Source: Bacillota bacterium (lineage in GTDB: Bacteria > Bacillota > SHA-98 > UBA4971). From it: DNA of 64,000 bases. Of this stretch, positions 8,938-17,820 are shown piece by piece (the stretch's first letter is position 1; each line of letters opens with the position of its first letter). A model generated the notes under the pieces. It searched no databases. It was not told where the DNA came from and saw only the letters and a list, made by a program, of their open reading frames with translations. Made by a program: the position numbers and the translations under genes. The stretch is from the NCBI GenBank assembly GCA_012842395.1, contig DUSX01000020.1, forward strand, positions 43,413 to 107,412. The letters run 5' to 3'.

Positions 8938-9990
8938 ATGGAGGCTACCCGATACAAGCACAACCCCATCATCCGTCCCGACGATGTCGCGCCAAGTTCC
9001 GAAGCGCTGAAAGTCGTGGGGGTCTTCAACCCGGCAGTGGCGCAGGTAGGAGAAGAGACGATTCTCCTGATGCGGGTCGCAGAGGCGGCCCGGGAAACCG
9101 ACCCCCGCTACGTGAGCGTCCCCGTCGTCGACCCGGCTTCCCGCGAGGTGCGCGTCGTGAGCTTGCCCCGAAGCTCGCCGGATGTAGACGCGTCGGACCC
9201 GAGGCTGGTGGTGCACAGGGGGCGGGTGTACCTGACATCGGTGTCGCACCTACGCATCGCGAGAAGCCGGGACGGGTGTCGTTTTCAGGTAGACAGGCGT
9301 CCCGCGCTCGCCCCAGCCACGCCGTATGAAACGTACGGCGTCGAGGACCCACGAATCACCCGAATCCCCGACGGCCGCTTCATCGTGAGCTTCTCGGCGG
9401 TCTCAGAACACGGGGTGTGCGTAGAGCTCGCTGAGACCCGTGACTTCGCCGAATTCAGGCGCCTCGGGATCGTCCTTCCCCCCGAGAACAGGAACGTTGC
9501 TCTGTTTCCCGAAAAGATAGGCGGACGCTATGTGATGATGCACCGGCCGAATTCGGAACCGTTCGGATCATCCGGGATATGGCTAGCCTTCTCGGATGAT
9601 CTGATGCACTGGGGCGACCATCGGTTCCTCGCAGGCACGCGTCGCGGCGCCTGGGACGGCGCGCGCATTGGGGCGGGCGCGCCTCCGCTCAAGACGCCCC
9701 ACGGTTGGCTCGCCATATACCACGGCGCGGCCCCCGGGACCAACGCGTACTCCCTCGGAGCCTTGCTCCTGGACCTCGACGACCCCACCAGGATCATCGC
9801 CCGATCGCACGAGCCCTTCCTATCCCCCAAAGCCCCTTACGAAACACACGGTTTCTATCCCAACGTCGTATTCGCTTGCGGGGCCACCTGCCGTGCAGAC
9901 GGCCGGGTACTCGTTTATTACGGGGCCGCGGACCATGTGGTTGCACTGGCTGAGATCGGGCTGGACGAACTAGTGGATTCCCTCCGGTAA
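8938..9990 (+). CDS. GH130-family glycosidase / beta-mannoside phosphorylase-like protein
   Basis: MEATRYKHNPIIRPDDV...VGVFNPAVAQVGEETILLMRV...YGVEDPRITRI...WDGARIGAGAPP...GWLAIYHGA...VFACG...VYYGAADHVV. Start ATG 8938 after GGGAGG. Confidence 0.75.
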   Translation: MEATRYKHNPIIRPDDVAPSSEALKVVGVFNPAVAQVGEETILLMRVAEAARETDPRYVSVPVVDPASREVRVVSLPRSSPDVDASDPRLVVHRGRVYLTSVSHLRIARSRDGCRFQVDRRPALAPATPYETYGVEDPRITRIPDGRFIVSFSAVSEHGVCVELAETRDFAEFRRLGIVLPPENRNVALFPEKIGGRYVMMHRPNSEPFGSSGIWLAFSDDLMHWGDHRFLAGTRRGAWDGARIGAGAPPLKTPHGWLAIYHGAAPGTNAYSLGALLLDLDDPTRIIARSHEPFLSPKAPYETHGFYPNVVFACGATCRADGRVLVYYGAADHVVALAEIGLDELVDSLR

Positions 9991-10043
9991 TCCGCAAGAA
10001 AAGAAGGATTTTCCGCGAGTGTTGCGAATTCTTAGCAGTGGGA

Positions 10044-10276
10044 TGTGCAACCGATTGCGCAACAGCGGCGACAGCTGCCGCGCAATGAAGCGCCCTCGCT
10101 AGAGGCAGTTCCCTGCGGGTGCGTTCAACCGGTTGCACATGTCGGTGCTGAACGTAGGGTGAGCGTCCGGGGCCGCGGACGACAACCAGGTCGTTTGGAT
10201 ACGTCGTGCGGATGACAAGACGAATGGGGCCAGGGGGTGGTGTCGCGATAGGGCTGAAACGTTGGCGGTTGCACAC
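10044..10276. promoter_or_regulatory. Three operator-like sites sharing a TGCAACCG/CGGTTGCA core between the GH130 gene and the SBP gene
   Basis: Site 1, 10044-10063: TGTGCAACCGATTGCGCAAC. Site 2, 10123-10140: GTTCAACCGGTTGCACAT, a near-perfect 16-bp palindrome. Site 3, 10264-10276: GGCGGTTGCACAC. Confidence 0.3.
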
Positions 10277-10348
10277 GGACTAGGCATGCAGTGACGCGCG
10301 ATTTCGAAGAGGTTATCGAAATCCACGGTGGGAGGAGGCCTATGACGA

Positions 10349-11545
10349 ATGTTCAGGAAGGTCGCGTTTGGCGTACTGATGGTGCTGCTTTTGGGGACCT
10401 TAACCGTCTCTGCCGCGGCCAGCAAGACGCTGACATGCATATCTGGCTGGTCCGGTCCTGAGATGGAAGCATTCCTCCCGGTCTTGCAGGCATTCGAGAA
10501 AGAGACTGGCATCAAGGTCGACTACCGTATCTACAGGGCTGAGGACCTCGCAGCCCAGTTGCCAGCGCAGTTTGCCGCCAAGACGGCGCCGGGCGATGTC
10601 ATCTTCATGTGGGCATGGTTCATCACGAAACAGGGTGAAGAAGGGCACGTGCTCGACGTCACCGGACTTCTGCGCGACGAGGACTTCCTGCCTGGCGCCC
10701 TGGACCCCGTGAAATCCGGTGGGAAGCTCTACGGTGGTGTGTATACCGGCAAGGTCAAGCCAGGATTCTGGTATCGCAAGTCGTTCTTCAAGAAGCACGG
10801 GCTTAGGGTCCCCACTACGTGGGAGGAGTTCAACAAGCTGCTTGACAAGATCTCGCAGATCCCCGGCATCAAGGCGCCCATAGCGAGCGGGGACGGCGTC
10901 GGCTGGCCGTTGTCAGACGTCACCGAGCACTTCATCGCTACCTTCGGCGGCCCGCAGCTCCACAAGGAGCTCACTGCCGGCACGATAGCGTGGACTGACC
11001 CCGTGGTCAAGGGCATCTTCGAGGGAAGGCTCGTCCCGCTCCTCCAGGCCAAACGGTTCAGCGAGCCCATCGAATGGACGCAGGCCCTCGAGCTCTGGTG
11101 GCAAGGCAACTACGGCCTCTACTTCATGGGAAGCTGGATAACCGGCATGGTAGAGGACCCGAGCGACCTCGGTGTGTTCTCGCTCCCGGGCGCGAGGGGA
11201 ATCGTGTTCGCACCTGATTTCGCGTTCGTGCCCGCATATACCAAGTATCCGGAAGAGGCGAAGGCACTCCTCAAATTCCTCGCCACCAAGGGACAGGAAA
11301 TCCAGGTCTCGAAGGGCGGGCACATCGCCACCTACGCCCGCGTGGACCTCGACTCATACCCGCCCGTGGACAAGGAAGTGGCCCAGCTCCTCCAAGGTCG
11401 AGTGGCCCTCGCAGATCTCGATGACACCGTGGGCGGCGAGTTCCAGGCCACATTCTGGGATCAGCTGAAGCTGCTCTGGGTGAGACCTGAACGCGCCTCG
11501 GAGGTCCTCGAAACCCTCGAGCGGAAAGCCTCGGCGAACAAGTAG
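10349..11545 (+). CDS. ABC transporter extracellular solute-binding protein (carbohydrate type, family 1). Orphan: no permease genes follow.
   Basis: Signal peptide MFRKVAFGVLMVLLLGTLTVSAAAS, then a typical SBP_bac_1-like sequence (WSGPEMEAF...GIKVDY...; WWQGNYGLYFMGSWI). GGGAGGAGG lies upstream. Confidence 0.8.
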   Translation: MFRKVAFGVLMVLLLGTLTVSAAASKTLTCISGWSGPEMEAFLPVLQAFEKETGIKVDYRIYRAEDLAAQLPAQFAAKTAPGDVIFMWAWFITKQGEEGHVLDVTGLLRDEDFLPGALDPVKSGGKLYGGVYTGKVKPGFWYRKSFFKKHGLRVPTTWEEFNKLLDKISQIPGIKAPIASGDGVGWPLSDVTEHFIATFGGPQLHKELTAGTIAWTDPVVKGIFEGRLVPLLQAKRFSEPIEWTQALELWWQGNYGLYFMGSWITGMVEDPSDLGVFSLPGARGIVFAPDFAFVPAYTKYPEEAKALLKFLATKGQEIQVSKGGHIATYARVDLDSYPPVDKEVAQLLQGRVALADLDDTVGGEFQATFWDQLKLLWVRPERASEVLETLERKASANK

Positions 11546-11875
11546 GGCTGTATCCGTGGCGCGAGATCTCGGCAATGCCTCGACTTCGAGCGGTCGGCTC
11601 GAAACCTGGTGAGTACGGGCGCGGTCGCAGGCACGCGACGGAAGGCGCGCGGCGGCCGTGCCCGTGCCACATCTCGTGACATGTTGCGCGGCGCCGCGAG
11701 TCGACGCAACGGATGAGCCAATGTAACGGGAGAGACGACGCGAGACCGCACGGGACGAAACGAGGGGCGGGCCACGAAAGGAAACGGAGGCCGCCGCATG
11801 GGTTGACGCGGGCTCGTCGCATATGAGCCGCGGATGACCGCGGGCCCGCCACGCGCACTCGTCCTCGGGCTGGCC

Positions 11876-11904
11876 TTGACACGCGGCCTATGCTCTGCTA
11901 TTAT
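11876..11904 (+). promoter_or_regulatory. Near-consensus sigma70-type promoter upstream of tRNA-Leu
   Basis: TTGACA (11876-11881), exactly 17 nt of spacer, then TATTAT (11899-11904). Confidence 0.6.
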
Positions 11905-12074
11905 CAGGGTGCGCGGGCCAGAGAGCTTACATCCGCTCCCACGCGTGGATACCTCAACAGCCTAATACGGGGCCCGGTGCGGCGCGCCGCGCAAGGACGG
12001 CGACGGCCCTCCCTCGTGTGGGCGACCGCAGGGCTGCAGAGCGCAGTCAGGACCGGGGTCCCAGCAGAATCAGT

Positions 12075-12162
12075 GCCGAAGTGGCGGAAATGGCAGACGC
12101 GCTAGATTCAGGGTCTAGTGGGCATTGCGCCCGTCGGGGTTCAAATCCCCGCTTCGGCACCA
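12075..12162 (+). tRNA. tRNA-Leu (anticodon CAG), type II with long variable arm, CCA encoded
   Basis: GCCGAAG acceptor stem pairs with CTTCGGC. Anticodon stem-loop is CTAGA-TTCAGGG-TCTAG. Variable arm is GGGC-ATTGC-GCCC. T arm is CGGGG-TTCAAAT-CCCCG. The 3' end is ACCA. Confidence 0.92.
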
Positions 12163-12329
12163 ATCATTTCTATGGGCTGCACTTTCACGAGCCGATGGCC
12201 TCCTCGGGACCGAACACCAGGCCCGCTCTTGAAAACGAAGGCTTCGGCAAGCCCTTCACTTGACTGCCTGTGTCAGCGCCTTCGTCTCGTTCTATCGCAA
12301 GAGCCAAGTCAAGCCCGCAGGAGTCTATG

Positions 12330-12555
12330 CAGGGTTCGTCTTTTTTTCTCATCACGCTCGGAATGCTTCTCGAGTGGGCGACACTGCCGCTGTTGATCAT
12401 GTGGCCAACCTTGGCAGTGGTGTAATCGCCTCGCGCGAAAAGAGGAGCAAGATATGAAGAAGGAATTCGGCCAGCGATACGTCGATTACAAACGACGCAC
12501 GTCGATGTTCGTGCCTTCGCTATCTCGCATATCCGCCTTACTGCTTTCCCGGTGA
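12330..12555 (+). pseudogene. C-terminal remnant of an isoprenylcysteine carboxyl methyltransferase-family membrane protein (frameshifted)
   Basis: Two frames read ...LITLGMLLEWATLPLLIMWPTLAVV* and MKKEFGQRYVDYKRRTSMFVPSL... (12454-12555). This resembles the family C-terminus (EE..L..EFG..Y..Y..RT....P). There is no intact upstream ORF. Confidence 0.4.
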
Positions 12556-12661
12556 GGTGACCGAAGCGCGGAGTTGGTGGCGGAGCTACGCCTGAATCGT
12601 GGGACTGCGCTCAAGCCCCCAGGGCAATGGCCCAATCGTGCGCCTGCGCTCGGTCTTGCCG

Positions 12662-13051
12662 TCATTTCTCGTGCTTCAACCACTCCTTGGGGACGTGAAT
12701 ACACGCGTCCCGGCGCACGGACTTGCCGTATGCCGCCAAGGTGTTGGAGAGCTTGCTCATGAGCTGCTTGCCGATGCCAGACTCCCTAGGCAACTTCAGG
12801 AACCACCTCGGGAGCACTTTTTCTGTATCCCTTCCGTCCTTGCTATGCCCGTGGTTGTAACGGGTTGCGCGCATGTTCTTGTACCCGATGAACTTGCGAG
12901 GTCCGAAGGCGTCTAGTTCAGGGATGTAATACCAGTGGCGGAATAGGCACAAGGAGGTGATCCCGGGCTCTCCTCTCGACAAGTCAGCGTTGAATTGCCG
13001 GACATTCTCAACGATCTCATCGTATGAATTGACGAGCTCGAAGTATGACAC
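12662..13051 (-). CDS. Hypothetical protein (~129 aa), last gene of the SbcD-like/SMC-like cluster
   Basis: ORF 12662-13093. The preferred start is GTG 13051 (VSYFELVNSYDEI...), 6 nt after AGGAGAAGGGGGGGA. It contains FRHWYYIPELDAFGPRKFIGYKNMRATRYNHGHSKDGRDTEKVLPRWF. I could not assign a family. Confidence 0.6.
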   Translation of the reverse strand: MSYFELVNSYDEIVENVRQFNADLSRGEPGITSLCLFRHWYYIPELDAFGPRKFIGYKNMRATRYNHGHSKDGRDTEKVLPRWFLKLPRESGIGKQLMSKLSNTLAAYGKSVRRDACIHVPKEWLKHEK

Positions 13052-13094
13052 CAAGCGTCCCCCCCTTCTCCTGTCATGGGTCGCCCGTCTCACA

Positions 13095-13127
13095 GCTGCA
13101 TGGCCGAACCCTCGAAGTCCATGCAGC
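13095..13127. repeat. 9-bp perfect inverted repeat (GCTGCATGG ... CCATGCAGC, 15-nt loop) between the SMC-like gene and the small ORF
   Basis: Read directly from the sequence at 13095-13103 and 13119-13127. No U-tract follows on either strand. Confidence 0.7.
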
Positions 13128-13237
13128 GGCGCCCGCTGCCAACGAGCCTCGCTCTCCCGCGGTAGGCCACCTACCCTCGTACTAAGATCCTCGGACCATG
13201 CCCAGCCGCTAAGCCCGCGTACGGCAGCACGCGCTGT

Positions 13238-15970
13238 TCAACGACGAGGGACTTCCCCTGCCTTCAGCTGTTCCAAATCGTACAACTTCGCGGGCAGCGC
13301 GTCGAACTTGTCTGCATGCGACGTCAGGATGACTATCTGGAGCCTCTTGGACGCGTTCTGGATCAGGTCGAGCATTCGATCGTGCCTGTAGCGATCGGTG
13401 AATACCAGTGCGTCGTCAAGAACGACCAGGTACCTGTTGTCTTGGGCGAGAATCTCGCCGACTGCCAGACGCGCCGCCACGTATAGCTGTTCTCGAGCCC
13501 CGGCCGAGAACAGATCCGCGGACACCACGAGGTTACCGTCCACTTCGATGTCGTCCAGGGTCAGGTCCTTGGAGAACCGGACTCTGGCACCGCCCTTGCC
13601 GCGAACGCTTGCGAAGTAGGCGGTGATCTTGTCCTCGACCGGCTTTACAAGAGCCTCGCTGCTCCTGGCCTGTCTCAGTTCGAAGAGGCTGCACAGGAGA
13701 CTCAGGGCCTTTGCCCTCGTCTTCTCACGCTGCAAGCGCTGCTTCTTCACGGCCAGCCTCTCCTCGAGGCGGGCTTTCTGCGAGTACAGCCCCTGCACGC
13801 CAGCGGACTTCAATCTCTCATCGACTCTGGCCATTTCCATGCTGGCGGACTTGTGTTCCTCGCTGACCTTCTCGAGTGCCCGCTGCAGGCGCTGCTGCTT
13901 CTTCTCGGGGTCGTCCATCTCATCTGGGAGCTTGGCCTTTATCCCGTTGACCTTTTGTCTCTGGATATCGATGTCGCGGCCGACAGCCTCATAGATCTCC
14001 TCGAGCTCGTTCTCCCCGCCTTTGTACTTCAAGAGCAGCCTCTCCAGATTGAGTCTGGCACTGCTCAGCTTCTGCTCCGCACCTGCCCTCTTAACTTCGA
14101 TATCGGCCTTCTTCTTGTTCGCAACGATTAACGATTCGTTGCATCGCTTCAACTCCGTCTCGAGGTTGTTCACGGCCTTTTCAAGCCGAGCCACTTCGTT
14201 CTTAAGCGTCGCGTCTTCCTGCACTTGTATGCCGGACAGTTGATCCTTCCCGATTTCAAGTTCCTCGAGCAAGTGATCGAGAGCGGTCTCCATCATCGCG
14301 ATGGCTTTCTCCAGCCCGCTCTTGTCCTCTTTGTCACCGGCAAGGGCCTTTATCGCCTCTTGCAGATGTAAGATGCGGTCGTCCGCCGCCTGCGCCCGGA
14401 CCCTCGTTTGTTCGAGGGCCGTCACATCCCGGACGCCGTACCTGCCCAGCAGCTCTCGGAATTCTCTCTTGGCGGCTTCAAGAGCGGTTTGGGTGTTCAC
14501 AACCTCCGAGGCACCCGTGGTTGCCCTGATGGAAACCACTCCAGGTATCAGCAGTGTCGCCTCGGTCGCGCCGGCGAACACCGCCTTCTCGCCCTTGTGA
14601 ACGCGTGCGCTCTGCTTCTCCGTCTTCCCCGTTCCCACAAAGCAGCAGACGTCTACTTCCTGCTCTGCCTCCACAGACAACGTGAGCCCCGTGGCGCGCA
14701 GCTTGGCCTCGAGGTCGCGTATGCTCTCGTTGAGTTTGTGCGCTCTCTCCAAGTCACCCTTGTTGACAACCAGCATCGACCGGCGTCGCTCTCGTTCCTC
14801 GTCAAGCTGCCGGGTCAAGTCCGCTACTTTGTCCAGCTTCTGCTTGATGGAGCCAAGTTCGGCCGCCATCGCCACAGCCTTGGACAATTGCTGGTTTCGT
14901 TCTCGCTTGTTGCGTGCCGCCGCAAGACGATCCTTCTCGGCACCGAGTTCTTCGCGCAATTCAACTTCGCGCTGTCCCAGGCTCGCCACCAGATCATCGA
15001 CGCTCTTGAGCTCGCTCACAAAGTGGGCTATGTCCTGCTCGCTGAGGCCGATCTCCTTCTTGAGGTCCCTGACGGCCTGCCTATCGTTGTACAGAGCTGC
15101 GTGCCTCTCGTTGAGCCGCCCCAACTCCGTCTCAGCAACCTTGAGTTCCGCACGTAACCGCTTGACTTCCTCTACACTCGCGCTGATATCTTCAAGCTCT
15201 TTCTCAATGTCCCGCTTACGCTCCTCCAGATCCCGAATATCAGTCGCCAACCGCTCCAGACGCGCCACATCTTCTTCGATGTCCTGCAACTTATGCTCGG
15301 TATCACGGATCTCCTTCTCAGTCTCATCGATCTCGTCCATGAGGATCTTGATGTCTGAGCCCGCCCTGTAGCTGCGGCGTTTCTCGGTGAATATGTCGCC
15401 ATACCTGCGCCCTATGGTTTCTATGAGTTTCGCCTCCGTCTCGTCGATTCCGGTTACCCCAAGAATGCTGCTCAGCCGATCTTGCAAGCTCCCTTCCAGC
15501 GTCGGCTTGCTGAACCGCTGCTGGTCCTGGGGAAACCACAGGAGTCGAGCGATCCCCCAGTGCTCGAGCTTGGTCGGTCCTCTTCCAGGCAGAGTGCTGC
15601 CGAGCATTTCTCTTATCGCCGCTTCGGCGCGATCGCCGTCGGCAAACAGCTGATAGCCGTTATCCGTCATCTCGTATAGTCTGGCATACGGGTTATCGAG
15701 AAAGCCCTTCTCTAGCTTGTACTGCTTGTCGAGGACGAGTTCCACGGCGATCTCCGGCGCCAGCCGGGTGTTCCATGGGCGCATTTCCTCGATCTCCCGG
15801 GCGACGGTGGTGCACTTGTCGAAGAGAGCCCTGGCGAGGGACATTATCAGCGTGCTCTTCCCGCACTCGTTGGGACCATAGATCACGTTGATTCCGGGGT
15901 CCATGTCATCGAGTCTGACCCTGTTCCTGAAGCACTTGCACCCCTTTACCTCGATGGACAGCAGTCTCAT
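13238..15970 (-). CDS. SMC/Rad50-fold AAA ATPase (SbcC/YhaN-like) with a long coiled coil and no CxxC zinc hook
   Basis: N-terminal Walker A is NVIYGPNECGKSTL. About 600 aa are heptad-rich and E/K/L/R-rich. The C-terminal signature and Walker B read LFSAGAREQLYVAARLA...YLVVLDDALVFTD...VILTSH. It overlaps the upstream nuclease gene by 4 nt. Confidence 0.85.
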   Translation of the reverse strand: MRLLSIEVKGCKCFRNRVRLDDMDPGINVIYGPNECGKSTLIMSLARALFDKCTTVAREIEEMRPWNTRLAPEIAVELVLDKQYKLEKGFLDNPYARLYEMTDNGYQLFADGDRAEAAIREMLGSTLPGRGPTKLEHWGIARLLWFPQDQQRFSKPTLEGSLQDRLSSILGVTGIDETEAKLIETIGRRYGDIFTEKRRSYRAGSDIKILMDEIDETEKEIRDTEHKLQDIEEDVARLERLATDIRDLEERKRDIEKELEDISASVEEVKRLRAELKVAETELGRLNERHAALYNDRQAVRDLKKEIGLSEQDIAHFVSELKSVDDLVASLGQREVELREELGAEKDRLAAARNKRERNQQLSKAVAMAAELGSIKQKLDKVADLTRQLDEERERRRSMLVVNKGDLERAHKLNESIRDLEAKLRATGLTLSVEAEQEVDVCCFVGTGKTEKQSARVHKGEKAVFAGATEATLLIPGVVSIRATTGASEVVNTQTALEAAKREFRELLGRYGVRDVTALEQTRVRAQAADDRILHLQEAIKALAGDKEDKSGLEKAIAMMETALDHLLEELEIGKDQLSGIQVQEDATLKNEVARLEKAVNNLETELKRCNESLIVANKKKADIEVKRAGAEQKLSSARLNLERLLLKYKGGENELEEIYEAVGRDIDIQRQKVNGIKAKLPDEMDDPEKKQQRLQRALEKVSEEHKSASMEMARVDERLKSAGVQGLYSQKARLEERLAVKKQRLQREKTRAKALSLLCSLFELRQARSSEALVKPVEDKITAYFASVRGKGGARVRFSKDLTLDDIEVDGNLVVSADLFSAGAREQLYVAARLAVGEILAQDNRYLVVLDDALVFTDRYRHDRMLDLIQNASKRLQIVILTSHADKFDALPAKLYDLEQLKAGEVPRR

Positions 15971-17190
15971 CTTTCCACCTCCCCGAGCGCTCTCGCCAGC
16001 TCAAGCAACGCTGCCGTTATCTCTTCTCTGCCGAGCGTGCGTTCTTCGTCGTTCGGCGGAATCGATTCCTCCGCAATCCTGCGGAGTTCAGGAAGGCTCG
16101 TGGCAGTCATCTGCGCGTCGGCGTCAAGGCCCCTGCCCTCCGCGTCTGCGAGAAGAGCTCTGAGGTCAGCGAACACTCCGCCCGTGACTGGGTGACTTCG
16201 CGCGAACTCCTCCAGCCTTCCCGTCAACACCTCAGGTAACAGCCTCTCTTCTCTCAACTCGAAGTACAGGAAACGCCCGCTCAACGCATCGGCGACCCTG
16301 TGCAACTCCTCATATCCCGTTGCCGAGAGAGAGCCCGCCACGTGCAGGCGCAGAAGCGTCCGCTCCGGGTTCGCGATGCTTTCCAGGTCGTGGCGCAAGG
16401 AAGCAACGGCGACATCGTATGGTTCATGGACTTCAGTGGAACGTTCGAGCCAGGTGAGATGCCTTGTCGGTTTCGAGCGGACTCTCGGCAGCACACCCGG
16501 GCCGTCTATCTCGACGAGGAGCACATTGCCGCTGTCTCTTTCGTTGAAGGCTGTGGGTTCAGGGGTGCCGCTGTAGAACACTCTCTCTGAGCACTGACGC
16601 ACGCTGTGCCAATGGCCTAAAGCTAGGTAGTCCAGCCTCTTCTTCTGCTGAGCGCCTAAGGCGATGGGGTTGTCACCCTGCGAACCTCTCTGCGAACCGA
16701 CGCCTTCGAGTGAGCCGTGCGCAATACCTATGCGTATCCTGCCCTCATACCCTTCCTCCGGAATCCACTCCGTAGGGTCGATCATGGTGAACTTCTGGGT
16801 CACCGGACACGGAAACAGGACGCAGTTGAGGGACGGAAGCTCCACGGGCTTTCGCTCAGTCAGCACGTGTACGTGCTCGGGGAGATTGGCGAAGAGCCTC
16901 GACTGGTAGATGGAGTCGGCCCCGAAGTGGTCGTGGTTTCCGGGGATTATGTACACATCCGTCGGCGAGGCTGACAGACACCGGACGACCGCTTCCACGA
17001 GGTCTCTATGCACGTGATTGTCCTCAAAGAGATCGCCCGCAACGATGATGAAGTCCGCGTCTTCCTCGCGGGCGAGCTCCATGATCCGCTCAACCGTGGT
17101 CAACCTGGCCTTCCTGACCTGATCCGCCGCCTCCGCCACATGGACTGCCTTCATCCCCAACTGCCAATCGGCAGTGTGCAAGAACTTCAT
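15967..17190 (-). CDS. SbcD/Mre11-like metallophosphoesterase (DNA repair exonuclease family)
   Basis: MKFLHTADWQLGMK...ADFIIVAGDLFE...IIPGNHDH...GIAHG...LGHWH (calcineurin-like phosphoesterase motifs). Start ATG 17190 after GGGGGGAG. Confidence 0.85.
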   Translation of the reverse strand: MKFLHTADWQLGMKAVHVAEAADQVRKARLTTVERIMELAREEDADFIIVAGDLFEDNHVHRDLVEAVVRCLSASPTDVYIIPGNHDHFGADSIYQSRLFANLPEHVHVLTERKPVELPSLNCVLFPCPVTQKFTMIDPTEWIPEEGYEGRIRIGIAHGSLEGVGSQRGSQGDNPIALGAQQKKRLDYLALGHWHSVRQCSERVFYSGTPEPTAFNERDSGNVLLVEIDGPGVLPRVRSKPTRHLTWLERSTEVHEPYDVAVASLRHDLESIANPERTLLRLHVAGSLSATGYEELHRVADALSGRFLYFELREERLLPEVLTGRLEEFARSHPVTGGVFADLRALLADAEGRGLDADAQMTATSLPELRRIAEESIPPNDEERTLGREEITAALLELARALGEVER

Positions 17191-17521
17191 TTGGGCTCCC
17201 CCCGCGTCAACCGCATACACTCGTCTTCTTGGTGGACTCGCCTACTTGCGCTCCTCCAAGAGAAACACCAGGCTATAGACGCATCTTCATGAAATCGGAC
17301 ATAGGCCTTCTCCAACGATGTGTCGAAATCCTTCCAGTAGTTCCATATTCTTCGCCTATTTGGAAGGGCATCCGCAACCGCTCAGGGGACCGCTGTTAGT
17401 CCACGGCCGGCCCCACGACATGACCGACGCGATGTGCTCCTGCCTGGACGTGAAGACCTCTTCACTACAGCGCGGGGTGGGCTTGATCTGGTCTTGTGGG
17501 CACATTCCACAGACGAAACCA

Positions 17522-17679
17522 CCATGTCTGCCACAGTTCAGGGCAGAGGCAGTCTGCCTGATACGCGAGAGCGGGAAGCATATGGCTTAGATTGCAAGAG
17601 ACATCGGGTATCAAGGGAGTCGCTGCGTAACTGGACCAGGCACGCTGAGATCGATGCCGGGGAGCGTGAAGGGATATAG
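17522..17679 (+). mobile_element. Remnant of an IS3-family transposase OrfA (HTH region), interrupted by a stop and a frameshift
   Basis: One frame reads ...PQFRAEAVCLIRESGKHMA*. The next frame reads ...RESLRNWTRHAEIDAGEREGI*. The typical IS3 OrfA pattern is FKAEAV.LV.ESG...LRNWV.QAE.DAG. No OrfB and no inverted repeats were seen. Confidence 0.55.
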
Positions 17680-17820
17680 ACCGCCGAGCGGCAGGATACA
17701 TCCGTCAGGCCCCGGTCGCCGCGCCGGGTCGGGACGGGTCGGGGCGGAGCACTTCGCGGTAGTCTTGCTAACCTCCTCGGAAATACGGAACCACAGACTC
17801 GATAACGTTGACCACGTTAC

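Noticed and set aside
12030-12080. GTCAGGACCGGGGTCCCAGCAG, resembling the SRP-RNA domain IV core (GUCAGGUCCGGAAGGAAGCAGC)
   Set aside because: The loop is CGGG rather than the conserved GNRA (GGAA). The 3' AGCA context differs. The required 3' half would overlap the tRNA-Leu acceptor stem. No long closing helix was found.
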